In this document: one piece after another, positions 1 to 12,254 of the stretch | Layout of the letters: each line of letters begins with the position of its first letter | How positions within the stretch are numbered: the stretch's first letter is position 1 | Assembly (NCBI GenBank): GCA_010015805.1 | Contig: ML978144.1 | Span: forward strand, 62,001 to 126,000 | Direction of reading: 5' to 3' | DNA length: 64,000 bases | From: Rhizodiscina lignyota | Lineage: Eukaryota | Made by a program: the position numbers and the translations under genes | Notes under the pieces: model-generated | Told to the model about the DNA's origin: nothing | Databases searched by the model: none | Seen by the model: the letters and a program-made list of their open reading frames with translations, nothing else

Positions 1-286
1 TACAAGTATTCTATCAAATTGCTCTATTAGCGGAGAGCTGAAATGCGAATCTAGATATTCCCAATTTGGAAGGAGATTGTCTCTCGAATGAGGTCATCGG
101 AGACGAGAGAACCTATCAACTGCGAGCTCCTCCAACGCCGATAGTAGCGCTTACGCTGGGAGTACCTTGTAAGATACCGACACTGCTAACGAGAAAGTTT
201 GTCCGAGTTATTGTCATTTAAATAAGAGTTGAACTTGTCGACAATGGCAACTTCCAAGAAACAAATATTTGCAAGTCCCTTTCAAA

Positions 287-1888
287 ATGAGCAGACATTA
301 TCTACATGAGTTGCAGGGCTTTGCTGGAGATGCATTACTGCTTTCTTTTGCTGCTACCTGCTTGGTAAGTTGAAAAAGTCTTAATTCATCAATTCTCTAA
401 CCAAATTTGTAGGGACTAGCTCTTCTGATAACAACTCGCTCCGTTTACAATATTTTTTTTCATCCTTTAAAGTCATATCCTGGACCGAAATTATGGGCGG
501 CATCTCATCTTCCAAGACAATACTACGATCTCCGAGGGACTCTCGACTTTAAAATTCGAGACTTGCATGAGCGGTACGGTGATGCTATCCGGATTGAACC
601 AGACTCGTTGTCGTACACCAACTCGCATGCATGGAAAGATATCAATGGCTACGGCGTACACAATCTTGAGAAAGATCCTGTCCTGCATAACCAAGTCAAG
701 AAAGGTATTGCACAGCCTGGCATCATTCAAGCAGATGCGCCGAATCACGCGCGTATACGAAGACAATTGGCACACGCATTCAGCGAGAAAGCATTGCGTG
801 ACCAAGAACCCATTATTGTCAGATATGTCGATACATTGATCTCTCAGCTGGAGGACGTAGCCGCTTCCGGGGAGAAGACGGACATCTTGCTCAAATACAC
901 TTACACAACTGTCGACATCACATCTGAGCTCTCGTTTGGCACCTCACTCGATGTTCTCCGCAACGACAAATTCAGACCTTGGGTTACCATTCAAAGTAAC
1001 ATGGGATCAATACTAATGTCGATGAAATTTGTCGAACTCTACCCGCTTCTCACTCCGCTCATACGGTGGCTCATACCAAAGCAGGTGATCCAAGGGATGA
1101 AGGAGAATCGAGTATATGTAAACCGAGTGGTTCAAGATCGAATTAAAGAAGGAGCCATGGAGGAGCGTCGGGATTTCTTTTCCTATATTCTCAGGAATAA
1201 AGAGAAGGATAACGAAATGACCAACAGTGAGATGTGCGAGACGGCACGTACCTTGATTCTCGCAGGCGCTGATACCACAAAAACTCTTCTGTCTGCGGTA
1301 ACGTTTTACCTGCTCACGAATCCGTTTTGGATGCGCAAAGTTGTCCAAGAAGTCCGGTCCGCTTTTCAGCATGAAGGAGACATCAACTTTGTTGATGCAT
1401 CTGCCAAGCTTCCATTGATGCTCGCATGCCTCGATGAAGCTCTACGTCTACACCCGCCTGGAGCGTCTTTCTTGTTTGCGCGCCGAACATCTCCTCACAC
1501 CACTATCAGTATCCTCGGGCACGATATCCCGCCTTCAACCTCCGTAACCATGCATCCATTATCTACTTTCACATGCAGCGCTAACTTTCATGATCCTCTT
1601 CGCTTCCATCCTGAGCGATTTCTACCGTCTGCATCAGAACCTGGATCGCCATTCGCAAATGACGACAAGTTCGCTTTCCAACCATTCTTCTACGGACCGA
1701 GGAATTGTATTGGACGAAATTTGGCATACAACAAAATGCGCTTGATTTTAGCGAGAGTCCTGTGGAAGTTCGACTTCAGTTTGTGTGAGGAGAGTCGCAA
1801 TTGGGACACGCATAGAATTTGGATGTTTTGGGAGGATACGCCATTGTGGATTACTCTCAAAATCAGACAAGACCTATCAACTGCTTGA
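287..1888 (+). CDS. Cytochrome P450 (CYP65/Tri11-like secondary-metabolism type), 2 exons
   Basis: ATG 287 and hydrophobic exon 1; intron about 365-412 (gtaagt..ctaac..tag). Exon 2 reads YNIFFHPLKSYPGPKLWA and runs into ORF 563-1888 with I-helix LAGADTT, EALR, HPERF and heme motif FFYGPRNCIG. Confidence 0.93.
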
Positions 1889-2365
1889 ATGTACGGTAAT
1901 ACCTATGATTACACAATCCTATTCACGGGTCATCAACCTTATGCAATAATAGATACGGAGCTCCAGTAAAGGACAAATCGCGGAATGGCGTCGGAGGGCC
2001 TTACTCATGCCCAACGGCGATTTTTGTGGAAGAGAAGTTCCGTCTCAGTTAATGAGGCCCATGATTTACATTCTCGCGGCCACTCAGGGTTTGAGTTTGA
2101 TCTGGAGAGTGGGAGCCTTAGTGAGCATGGCCGTGATTCCCGTCCTCTTTACGTCCCTTACCGGACGTCGGACGATGTACAATAGTTGCTGAGTATATTG
2201 CGGTACAAAAGGGATGCAAGACTGACTTGACGAGTAATCATCAAAGAAGCTTATACCCTGTTGTGAACGTTGACCTATTTTTCTCCTCGCAGCAATCTCA
2301 GCTGCTCTCATGCATTGTATTCGTGGAGATCCTTCAGACACTACCTTCATACACCTTCAGCAACG

Positions 2366-2824
2366 ATGCCTCTCTGGCAAATCTACCACCCAAAAGATGC
2401 CTTTTCCGACGCAGAATCTAAACAGGCCCTAAGCGCCGACGTAGTGAAGATGTACACGACCCAGCTCGGCCTGCCAGCATTTTACGTCGTCGTACAATTC
2501 ATTGCCATGCCCGAAGAGTCAGTCTGGGTTGGAGGCCTCAGTAAAACGGAGAAACCTTTCATTCGGATCGTCATCAACCACGTTGCCGTACGTGTCGCGA
2601 ACATTTCGGATGAAGATGCGGTGTATAAACAGACCTGCGAGATGGTTGACGCCGCGTTGAAGCCGCACGTGGAGGACAAAGGATACGATTGGGAATATCA
2701 TCTTGATGAGACAGAAAGGAGGCTGTGGAAGGTCAATGGACTCGTTCCTCCACCGTGGAAAAGTGAAGCAGAGCAACAATGGGTGAAGACGAACAGGCCG
2801 TTGAGTTGGGAGGGTGACCATTAA
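2366..2824 (+). CDS. Tautomerase-superfamily protein (cis-CaaD/oxalocrotonate tautomerase-like)
   Basis: ATG 2366 gives MPLWQIYHP (catalytic Pro-1 after Met removal); also GLPAFYVVVQF and WEYHLDETERRLWKVNGLVPPP, typical of the fungal family. Confidence 0.85.
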   Translation: MPLWQIYHPKDAFSDAESKQALSADVVKMYTTQLGLPAFYVVVQFIAMPEESVWVGGLSKTEKPFIRIVINHVAVRVANISDEDAVYKQTCEMVDAALKPHVEDKGYDWEYHLDETERRLWKVNGLVPPPWKSEAEQQWVKTNRPLSWEGDH

Positions 2825-2984
2825 GATCTTGAGTATTGTTGTATTGTTGTAACATTACGGACGATAAAAGCCTGACGAATGTGCTGAAGGATTGGATTAC
2901 CATGCTGCCAATCGTTTTGGACTTGCCAATTCTTAATTTCTTCTCTAATCTCCAAGCCAAAGAAACTTCATTGAACTAAGCCGT

Positions 2985-4413
2985 CTATATTACGGCTTTC
3001 CACAAGGCATTGTCCAAATCACTTCGATCAAACATCGGATTTCTACCGAAACAGCGTGGCTGTAGAACGAGTTCTTCGGTAGTGGTTAGCGGCACCATCT
3101 CACAAAAGGAAAAGACGACTCACCATTTATCAATTTTGAGACATCGACATAGACCGTCCGCGCTGTTTGGCTAGGGAAAGTGTTTGAGAAGTTGGCAGTG
3201 GTTGAAGCAAGATTGTTTTCGGTTTCGGGAGGTATGTAGCTGTTTGGAGAGAAATGGCGATGCGTAACGCTTGAGGTAGCGGTTTGCATATCAAGGCTTT
3301 CCGACATGCCAATCATAGCCCCACCGAAATAATCGGCGTCCATTTCCATCCCCGCAACGATAGGCGACTTATTACAGTCGAGTCCTTTCCCACGGAAGTA
3401 CGATTCGACTTCCGAAGCGTTTAACCACCCCATGCCGACAGCGCCCGGAAGAGATTCTGGTGGCGGGTCCAGTAGGCGGTTGAAATTCTCATTCAGGATC
3501 CTTGTAACCAGGGATTTGAGGCTTTCTTGCGTGTGGAAATTGAGGACAAAGTTGAAGACCTGATGATAAAGCTGCAACTGCTTTTCGGCCGTATAAACGA
3601 GGCGAAACGCAGCTTGCCATGCCGCTAATTGCAATCTTCGGGCAAATGGGAGAGACGGAATGTCAAGGAGATGTAAAGGCGAAACTTCGAGGCTGAAGAG
3701 GCTGCGCGGCTCGTTGAGAGGAACCTGAGGGCTTGAAGGAAGCATGGGCGCGTCAGAACTCAGCAGACTGCGCGTATAGTCTTCTCCGGCGAGGCTCGCT
3801 AACCATTCATCACTCAGGAGCGGTAATTCGGACCCAGAATCTAGAGAATCCGCGGGATCCAGGCCCGAAGCTATGCTTGGCCTTGTGAGTGCTTTTCTTA
3901 CGCTCCCAACAGGCGAACTCAGTGACATTGAGAAGGCATTATCCGAATCTCCGGACGGAGCGCTATCTCCAATTTCCTGAATAGTTTTCCGAGTACGTAG
4001 CGACCCGCGATCCTCATCAAGAGTGCGTGATTCGCTAATAGTCGTAATGAACTTTTCAATTGACAGCTTGAGACTTTGTGCTATGCGCGAATCTTGCTGA
4101 AGTTGTCCTGATGTAGTCAGGACATCAGTCAGAGTCAAAAAGCAATTGTTCAACTCTTCGATCGTATTATGGAGGTCGGAAATCTGCTCGTTAAGCACGT
4201 ATAGAGCTTCGTCTTTGCGTTTTCTAAATGCGCGCTGTGCGAGACGGGTTTGAGATCTTCGCCTCTACTCCGCATTACCATTAGTACAAGAACAGCCTTG
4301 TATATTGGTGATATCGTTGAATGGATCACCTTAGCAGCATCTTCATCAAGTTCCGACACTTTGCGCTTTGGCTTATGTTTCTTGAGCTGTCTCGCTCCTC
4401 GATTAACTTCCAT
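2985..4413 (-). CDS. bZIP transcription factor, 3 exons
   Basis: Exon 1 MEVNRG..DAAK spliced to RRRSQTRLAQRAFRKRKDE (basic region), then a heptad Leu/Ile zipper and ORF 3086-4198; last exon ELVLQPRCFGRNPMF..AVI, stop at 2985. Confidence 0.85.
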
Positions 4414-4764
4414 TTTGAAGTTCGATAGTGGTGAGGCGCACTAGTAGTAGAAATGCGACAAATAATCAAAAGAGACTATAAAGAGGAGGAAATCAAGAGA
4501 TTCGGAAGTAAAGCTTTGGGAGATTGAAGTGTTTTCGAATATCGTGGGTTGCGAAGAGGTGCGCGCCGGACAGAATGTATGTTTAGCTCGATTAGTGATC
4601 AAAATGGACTATCTTCTTCGAGGGCGGCCAGCTCTCGGAACTGGACTCTCGGACGCAACTATGATACTCTAGTTCGAATAGCTTGCTTATACATACCGTT
4701 GTACCGCTTGAGAAAATTTCCTTTGTTGGTTTCAGGTCCAGGAGATACTTGTCCAGCAATGGGT

Positions 4765-4825
4765 GAAATGTCTTCCGAATGCAAGGCTTGCGCGAAATGT
4801 CTTCCGAATGCAAGGCTTGCGCGAA
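4765..4825. repeat. Perfect 29-bp tandem duplication in intergenic DNA upstream of the bZIP gene
   Basis: gaaatgtcttccgaatgcaaggcttgcgc occurs twice head-to-tail (4765-4793, 4794-4822), followed by gaa. Confidence 0.9.
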
Positions 4826-6643
4826 GTCCTCCATCGAGCTGCAGTGTATCTACTCAATTCGTGCAAAAGGTCTTGAGGTGATGCTACACTTATTAAATGA
4901 AGCCGGGCCCATCAAGGCGACGTAGGCTACGCCCGTTGAGGGTAGGATAACAGTGAGGATGGTTCGGAAGCTTGGGTATGCTCCGTCCTGTACGACAAGT
5001 TGAGACTCGGTTCGGAGGTTCCTGAAAAGGCTCCCCAGAGCTAAATGGATCAGGGAGCAAAGGATACACATGCCCAAGGAAAGTCTCTGACACTTATCCA
5101 AGTTTGGGACTTGTTACGAAACATCCAAGAGGCTTCCCTCCGATCGGGGCGCCTTACTACTACTCCCAGCCAAGCGAACGGGATGACGAGGTGGCGCCGA
5201 CCAACCATCATTCATAGGTACCTTACGTGAGGCTTTACCGGCCAAGATTAACTATGCGGTAAAATTAAGCATCGTCCAATTAATGCCTTTCGAAAATAAG
5301 AGAAGAGAGGTCGAAGGTTCCCCTTGAATTGGACAAAATTCAGCTCAGCGTACACGCACTGCAGGCAGCTCCAAGCAGGTGGGCGATAAAAGAGTAGAGG
5401 CGTGGCTACGATGCAATGTCCAACTGCGAGGATGCATACCGTTAGTCAGTACGAATCATACACATCAAGGCTGCGGATTTTGGATAAATACTGTCTGGTG
5501 TATGTTCGGGCTTTCAGAGACGCTCTCTTTCATGTTGAAGACCAACACTCGGTCACATGGCAGTCCCTTAGTAAGGTAAATCGTACTCAGTCACCCTCAT
5601 GCCGGGATACGTTTGGCGGCTCAACGCTAGACCAATTTCAGCAGCACAAGTCATTCCATCCTCCTGCCCTTTCGTTCTGCAAGCGTCTACAAATTATTTG
5701 TCTCGGAGGCAATCAATTAAATGCAATGACTTTGGTGTGCCTAGTGCTTTCCTGCAAGCATCCCTGTCATTTTTACACAGTAGCAGCCCTGAGAACCTCT
5801 TTTTCCTTTCTTAAAGCTCTTCTCAGTCTTTAAGATCTAATTTCGACTCATTGTTTGCCCACTTTATCGTATGTAAGAGGATGGAGACCTGTTAGGATCC
5901 GGAAGAGAATTACTTGATGTTCGAATGTCTCCGTGACAATGCTCTGGAGCGATGCGGCGGCTTTCTAATCCACCGGAGAGATATTGGAGGAATAGTCAGA
6001 ATACCCTCTCATACGAACACGACATCATTGGTGCAATCTGCGCCTTAGTTATCGCTGGCGCCGAATTTTCTGTTCAAATCTTGCAACGGCTGGCGTTAGT
6101 TTGGAGTTTTTCGGGTTCTTGTGATGGCGTGCTGCCCCTCTCCCCCTCCTCAAAACCGGAAAAGCCGATTGCCGCCAAGTATAAGGGAATGCAGCTGTTT
6201 TTGACATCGAAAATGGAGTAGGTGCAAAGTGACACGCATGAGACTTTGGTCGGAGGATGACAGAGTATCAGTATCGATCAATTCAATCTAATCTTATCTC
6301 ACTGAACGGCCAGATCGAACAATTGCGGCACATGGCCAACGAGATTTGGTAATAACTGTGGAAAATGTTGCGAAAACGGATTTATCTTTCGAATTAGAAC
6401 GTGTATATCCGTATTTTGAGAAGCATTTACTCTTCTCGGATAGCAATTCGTTTGAAATGCAGGCCTATATGCGGGCTTTGTAATCCAGAGTGCAATCATT
6501 CGTCCTGTGACGGACGAACGGTCCGAATAGAGGCAGATTACCATCAACATGAGTATATGAGGATATGGTGAAGAGAAGTTCACTGTTCCTCACCAATCTT
6601 TCATTTTAAGATAGACACAAGAATCCACAGGGAGAAAAGAGAT

Positions 6644-7915
6644 ATGCCTTCCGAATGGCAAATTCACGACGCAAAGCCAGTACATTGGCAATCCTTAGAG
6701 GCACTTGAGAATCTCCGGCTCAACAATGACGTTCTTAAGCCTACAAAAATCCCTCCGAGGGCGGCGCTTGTTCGCATGAGAGCCGCGGCACTCAATGCTC
6801 GCGACTTCATGGTCATTGCGCACGACCCGATCTATCCAGGGGAGCATGTTCAAGACCTCGTCCCTTGTGCAGATGGTGCTGGAGAGATAGAGAAGGTCGG
6901 AGAAGAAAGTAAGTGGAAAGTTGGTGACAATGTGATCATCCATCCCAACGCTTGGATGGAGGACACAGGAGAGGTCTTGCTAGTCTCAGAAATAAAAACA
7001 GCTGGTGCGGCAAGCGATCAGGGAACTTTGAGGCAGTATGCCATCTGGGTACCTACCATTGTTTCAAAAATGTATTGAGGGCCTCAAATTACTGACAGGG
7101 AATAGGAGGATGAGAAACTCGTGCGTGCACCTGCTCACTTGACCTTCGAGGAGCTCGCAGCCTTGCCTGCTTGCGGAAGCACGGCAATGAACGCCCTATT
7201 TTACGGGCCTCAAGAGCTCAAACCAGGAATGACAGTGTTGAGTCAGGGTACAGGAGGAGTGAGTTGCTTTGCAATCCAGGTAGGTCTCCTTGCCGCGATA
7301 TTCATTCGGCACTCTCATCTCGCTCCGACAGCTCGCATCCGCAGCCGGTGCGACCGTGATCGCAACGTCCTCATCCGACGCGAAATTGGCGCAGGCCAGA
7401 GGTATAGGAGCGACGCATCTCATAAACTACAACAGTCACCCGAATTGGGAGGAGGAAGTGCTCCGCTTGACCAATGGGAGGGGTGTCGATAATGTTATCG
7501 AAATCGGGGGAGCTGCGACAGTAGAGCAGAGCGTAAAGTGCACCAAGCAGGGCGGTTTAGTATCTTTGGTAGGATTCCTGTCGGACAGTAAGAAGAGTGA
7601 TTTAGTGCCTGCACTTATCTTTGGGGCTAAAACTGGTAAGGTGTCTTCTCCATCACCCAAGCGTATCCGTCAATTCTTCTGCATTGCAACATGCTGTTCT
7701 GCGTTTATAGCTCACAATGCAGGCATGCTAACCGTTATGTAGTCCGAGGTGTATTCAATTGGTCAAAGCCCATGATCGAAGCGATGGCGGAGTTTGTCGA
7801 GAAGCACAAAATCCATCCAGTCGTGGCGGAGGCGTTCGAGTGGGAAGACGCGAAAGCCGCCTTTGAAATGCTAAACAAACAATCTGCCGTTGGGAAAATT
7901 GTCATCAAGATATAG
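6644..7915 (+). CDS. Medium-chain dehydrogenase/reductase (zinc-type alcohol dehydrogenase/quinone reductase-like), about 4 exons
   Basis: LVRMRAAALNARD, VPCADGAGE, SQGTGGVS Rossmann motif, GRGVDNVIEIGG, C-terminal VGKIVIKI; pieces in successive ORFs joined by GT-AG introns. Confidence 0.9.
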
Positions 7916-8712
7916 GTGCTCTCATCCGTCTCGTTTCTCTGACAGTAAAAGACATCTTGAGAGTATTGAGGTCGGAAGATGAAGATGAGCGAGCTGTCCC
8001 CTGGAATACAAAGTTGCACTAGAGGCAAATCAGGGGGGTTTGGATGCCAATGCGGGGAAGAGAGAACCCTGTCGTGAAAATTCTGGACTACAAATTTTCG
8101 TATTTATTAAACAATTCCATGCTTCCATGAATACAGGCAATATCCATATGTTCCTTGCTCTTTTTCTCAATGACATCTTTCTATCTAAGTTCCTTACATT
8201 AATATCAAAATGAAAACTGGCCGTCTCTTATCGTCTTGCCAATCGGCAACAGGATCCCGATCTCCCAGACTAGCAGGTGTACGTTGACACGCTTCAGTGT
8301 CGATCCTTTAACCAGCATCGTGCAGATGCGCGAAGATAGGAACTTTCCAAGTTTGAACGGAATCTGGAGGCGGAAGCATGTTTGCGGCTCAGATCAACCT
8401 CCTGCTGGTTATACCAGCGAGCCATCTGCAATTCTTATTCCCCGGACGTTTACTCCCCGACTGTACGTTAGTGAATACTACCATTCAACCAAACGGAATT
8501 TTCATTACTCTCAAGATGCCGGAATCCGCTACGCTTTTACCTTGAGAGCTGCAGATAAGGGATATTATCCGCGTGCTCGCATTTATACCGGCGATGGTTC
8601 TCTGGCCTTCCTTTTCATCTCATTGAAAGCTTGAACGGCAGATTCTACACAAGATCAGATACTTCCAGCCATCTTACGCTCTTTGTCAACTGAGATTGGA
8701 ATAGAAATCAGG

Positions 8713-10456
8713 ATGGCCCCCAATAGCGATGATAAAATCGGCGAGGCTATTGACGTGGTGGAGAGGTCAACATCAGTGGCGGGTTTGCCGAAGGAGGTTG
8801 AGTACTTCATCGATCCGGCCGAAGACAAACGGGTCATTAGAAAGATCGATTGGGTCGTGATGCCAACAATGATGTTGGTCCTCTTTTTCCAGTGTATGTT
8901 CTCATCTCATACCAACAACAGGAAACATCCACTGTGATATTGGTGCTGACAGAAACCAGATCTCGACAAGCAGTCAATCAACTATGCCACTGTATTCAGT
9001 ATGAATAAGGACCTTGGACTCACTGGCCAAAAGTTCTCCTGGGTTGTTACGACATTCTACTTTGGACAGCTGGTTTCCCAGTATATTTCAGCGTACTTTA
9101 TCAGTCGGTTCCACGTCGTGCGTGTCGTCGGCATAACTATGTAGGCATAGTGTTCTTATTCTTATATGCCACTGAACTGATACCTCTCACAATAGATTGC
9201 TTTGGGGTGTCTGCGAAATGTGTATGGGCGCTACGCAAAACTTTGCTGGCATCGCGACAACAAGGTTCTTCCTGGGTCTCTGCGAGGGTGCTGTGTCTCC
9301 TGGCTTCGTTGTCATCACCAGCAACTGGTACAAAAGAAGAGAACATCCGATACGCATAGCGTGAGTGACGACCCACCGTTCGATATCCCATACAGACGCA
9401 GCCCTATGCTAAAAGTCTATCAGAATCTGGACCACATCTGGCGGCCTTGCCACGATTTGCGGTGCGGTCCTCATGTACCTTGTTGGAGGGGCAAAGCATA
9501 TGGCTATTGCTAATTGGCGTGTAATGTTTCTCATCTGCGGCGGCTCAACACTCCTCATCGGCGTGGCCTTCCTCTTCGTGATGCCCCTCGACACAACTAA
9601 AGCATGGTTTCTGGATGAGAACGAACGACGGATCGCTACAGAACGTCTTGCATTGGATCGCACAACCCGAGATCGTGCTGAGTTTAGCGTGAGCCAGGTC
9701 AAGGAGACTCTACGCGACCCGGCAACATGGTTCTATTTCCTAATGGCTTTGTTCATCTGCATCCCGTCTCCAATTCTGAAGGTAAGTCATTGATGATGAT
9801 ATGAAACTCTTCGTGCTAACTTTGTATAGTTCTCATCTCTCGTTATCAACGGTTTCGGTTTCAGTCCCTTCCAGACTATGCTCGTCGGACTTCCATCTGG
9901 CGGAGTTCAGATCCTTTCCAACTGGGTTGCGGCCTACGGGATGATTTTCACCAAGGGCACACGTGCCTTCTGGGGCATGTTCTTCTCTCTTGTACCACTC
10001 GTGGGATCTATCACGCTGCTCTGCCTTCCTAAGGCGGATAGATGGGGGATTGTCGTATCAACATGGCTTGCTGCAGATTCCTCATCTTTGATGGTTATCT
10101 CTGAGTGTATGATGGCATCTAATGTGAAAGGCAACACCAAGAAGTCAGTTGTTAGCGCTGTCTTCTTTGTTGCGTATTGCGTTGGCTGCATCATCGGACC
10201 TCAGCTGTGGCAGGCGCAAGATGCACCACGCTATACGAAAGGCTGTATTTCTAGCATTGTGAGTTGGTCGCTACTGGTCATCACATACCTGGGCTACTAT
10301 TTCTACTTGAGGGGCCAAAATAAGAAGAGGACCAGGCTCATTGCAATCAGCGAGGAGAGTGAGATTGCGGAAGGCAAGACACACGACCATCTGGGCGTTG
10401 AGGTTGACTCCGATATGACTGATCGCCAGGACTTGAAGTTCCTCTACACCTTGTAA
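8713..10456 (+). CDS. MFS transporter, anion:cation symporter/allantoate permease (Dal5-like), multi-exon
   Basis: RVIRKIDWVVMP, spliced LDKQSINYA, WRVMFLICG, SNVKGNTKKS, IIGPQLW..APRY, DMTDRQDLKFLYTL terminus. Confidence 0.9.
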
Positions 10457-12254
10457 CGAATTGGCACGGAGTATAACTTTTTCATAAAAATTTGGAATTT
10501 ATTTGTTCGACGTGCGACCGGATCGGAGTCTCGGAGGTTATTTCCTCTTCTGGAAGCATACCATTTTTCTAGTTCCCATCTCTTGAAGCTGACGCTTCGT
10601 GTACGAGGGTGCTGGTTTGCGGCGAGCGAACATTCTGCAGAGCAATTTTATTGAAGATGCCCCAGTGCTTCTAAGAAACTCCCTCGCGTCGGTGAAGTTG
10701 TATCTGAGATTGCCCAAGAACAGTTTGCCTAGTCTGTCTTACAAGATTTGCTTCTTGTTGTCACAAAAAGGGGATGCTGCGTCGCTCTTCCGCTCATAGT
10801 TTCTGTTCTCTTCGCCGATCAGAGTCCCCAATGCACAATGTCTGCCAGCCAGAGAAAAGTGGAAAGGGCTCCTCCTTTGGAGGTGTGTGTAGCCATCGTT
10901 GAAGCGGACTGACATCCCTTTGATCGTGTAGAGCGCTCGGATATACCGCCCATACCCGACAGCTCGAGTGCGAATCGCCAACGAGGTCAGCGATAACGGG
11001 CTCTGCAATATTTGGAAGTGCTTCCGGATTCTCATCCGATCGGTCGTTGTTGTTGCTTTGAGGAAGGGGTGTCTCTTGGGAGTTCGTATCGGTCCATGAT
11101 CCAACGCCTGCTAGCAACTCCGCAAATTCAGATGACTGGTGTTCACTGTTGGTTTTTGACATTGAGATAAGATCAGAGTTGATGAAGTAAACGATACCAC
11201 GTTATTTGTGCGTTGAATATTGATCCGGTATCATGAAATATTGGAAGAGCCGTGAGCGTCATATAATTGCAAAATCATCGGGGTAGAGAATCGCAATTAT
11301 AGTTAACTTCAACAAATGACAATTTCCTAAATCGGACATATCGAGGTTGTAAATTTGGCATTCAGAATCCCATCGGGCACCTTTCTCGAGTCTTGATGAG
11401 CATGGGTGTGGCAAAATCACAATTACCTCTTCGGTCATAAGAGACTCGACAGAAACGGAAAAGCGGTCACACGTAATCTGAGATTAGGAACGATCTCTGC
11501 CGCTCTCCTGGGAGAAATAGTAAATGGTCACAGGGTAATTGCTGCGAGCCACGGGCGGCGCTCCGGGCACACAGCGGTCGACTTGAGAATGTGTGCCTAC
11601 GTGGAGGTGGAGGTTTGTGCCTCAGGTGTGATATGCCAGGGCTAGAGTTTTTGACAGTTGACATGATGGGAAATCAAGAAAGACGTCAGGTGTAGTGCTC
11701 GCTCTTCTGGTTCCAATTCTAAAAGGTGGTAAAAGTTCTTGACCTGTAAATTAACCGTATTAGGTTTAGTTTCCTCCAAAGCTTATGTCAAACAAGGCTC
11801 AGTCCGAGCTGAAAATTCTCACCGTCTCTGTGCATAAGTACTCCGTATGTGTTTTGTCTCTCCTTTCCATACATTGTCATTCACTAGTAGACTATTATGA
11901 AGAGGATTGCCTCGTAATGTACTGAGGTTACATCCGCCTCGTAACCTCGTTCACCGGTCAAGGCTAGGCCACGCGTACCTGAATGCAGGATCGAATTTGC
12001 TAAATTTGCTTCCCGCTGCCTATTCGCTTCGCTGACTGAGCAGTTGGAATCAAGGGAGCTGAGTGACCTTGACAAGGAATGTGACGCTAAACTTGTTCAG
12101 GTAATTGTCGTTTGACCTCTTCATCCGTCCCTCCTTCCGACATGATTTTTGAAGCCAATATCTCATCGCGCAAGAGCTATGCAAATTCATTCTGAGACGA
12201 CGGCACGCAGAGCGAACTTCATGAGACGGCATATACGTCGTGAGATGGACAGAA

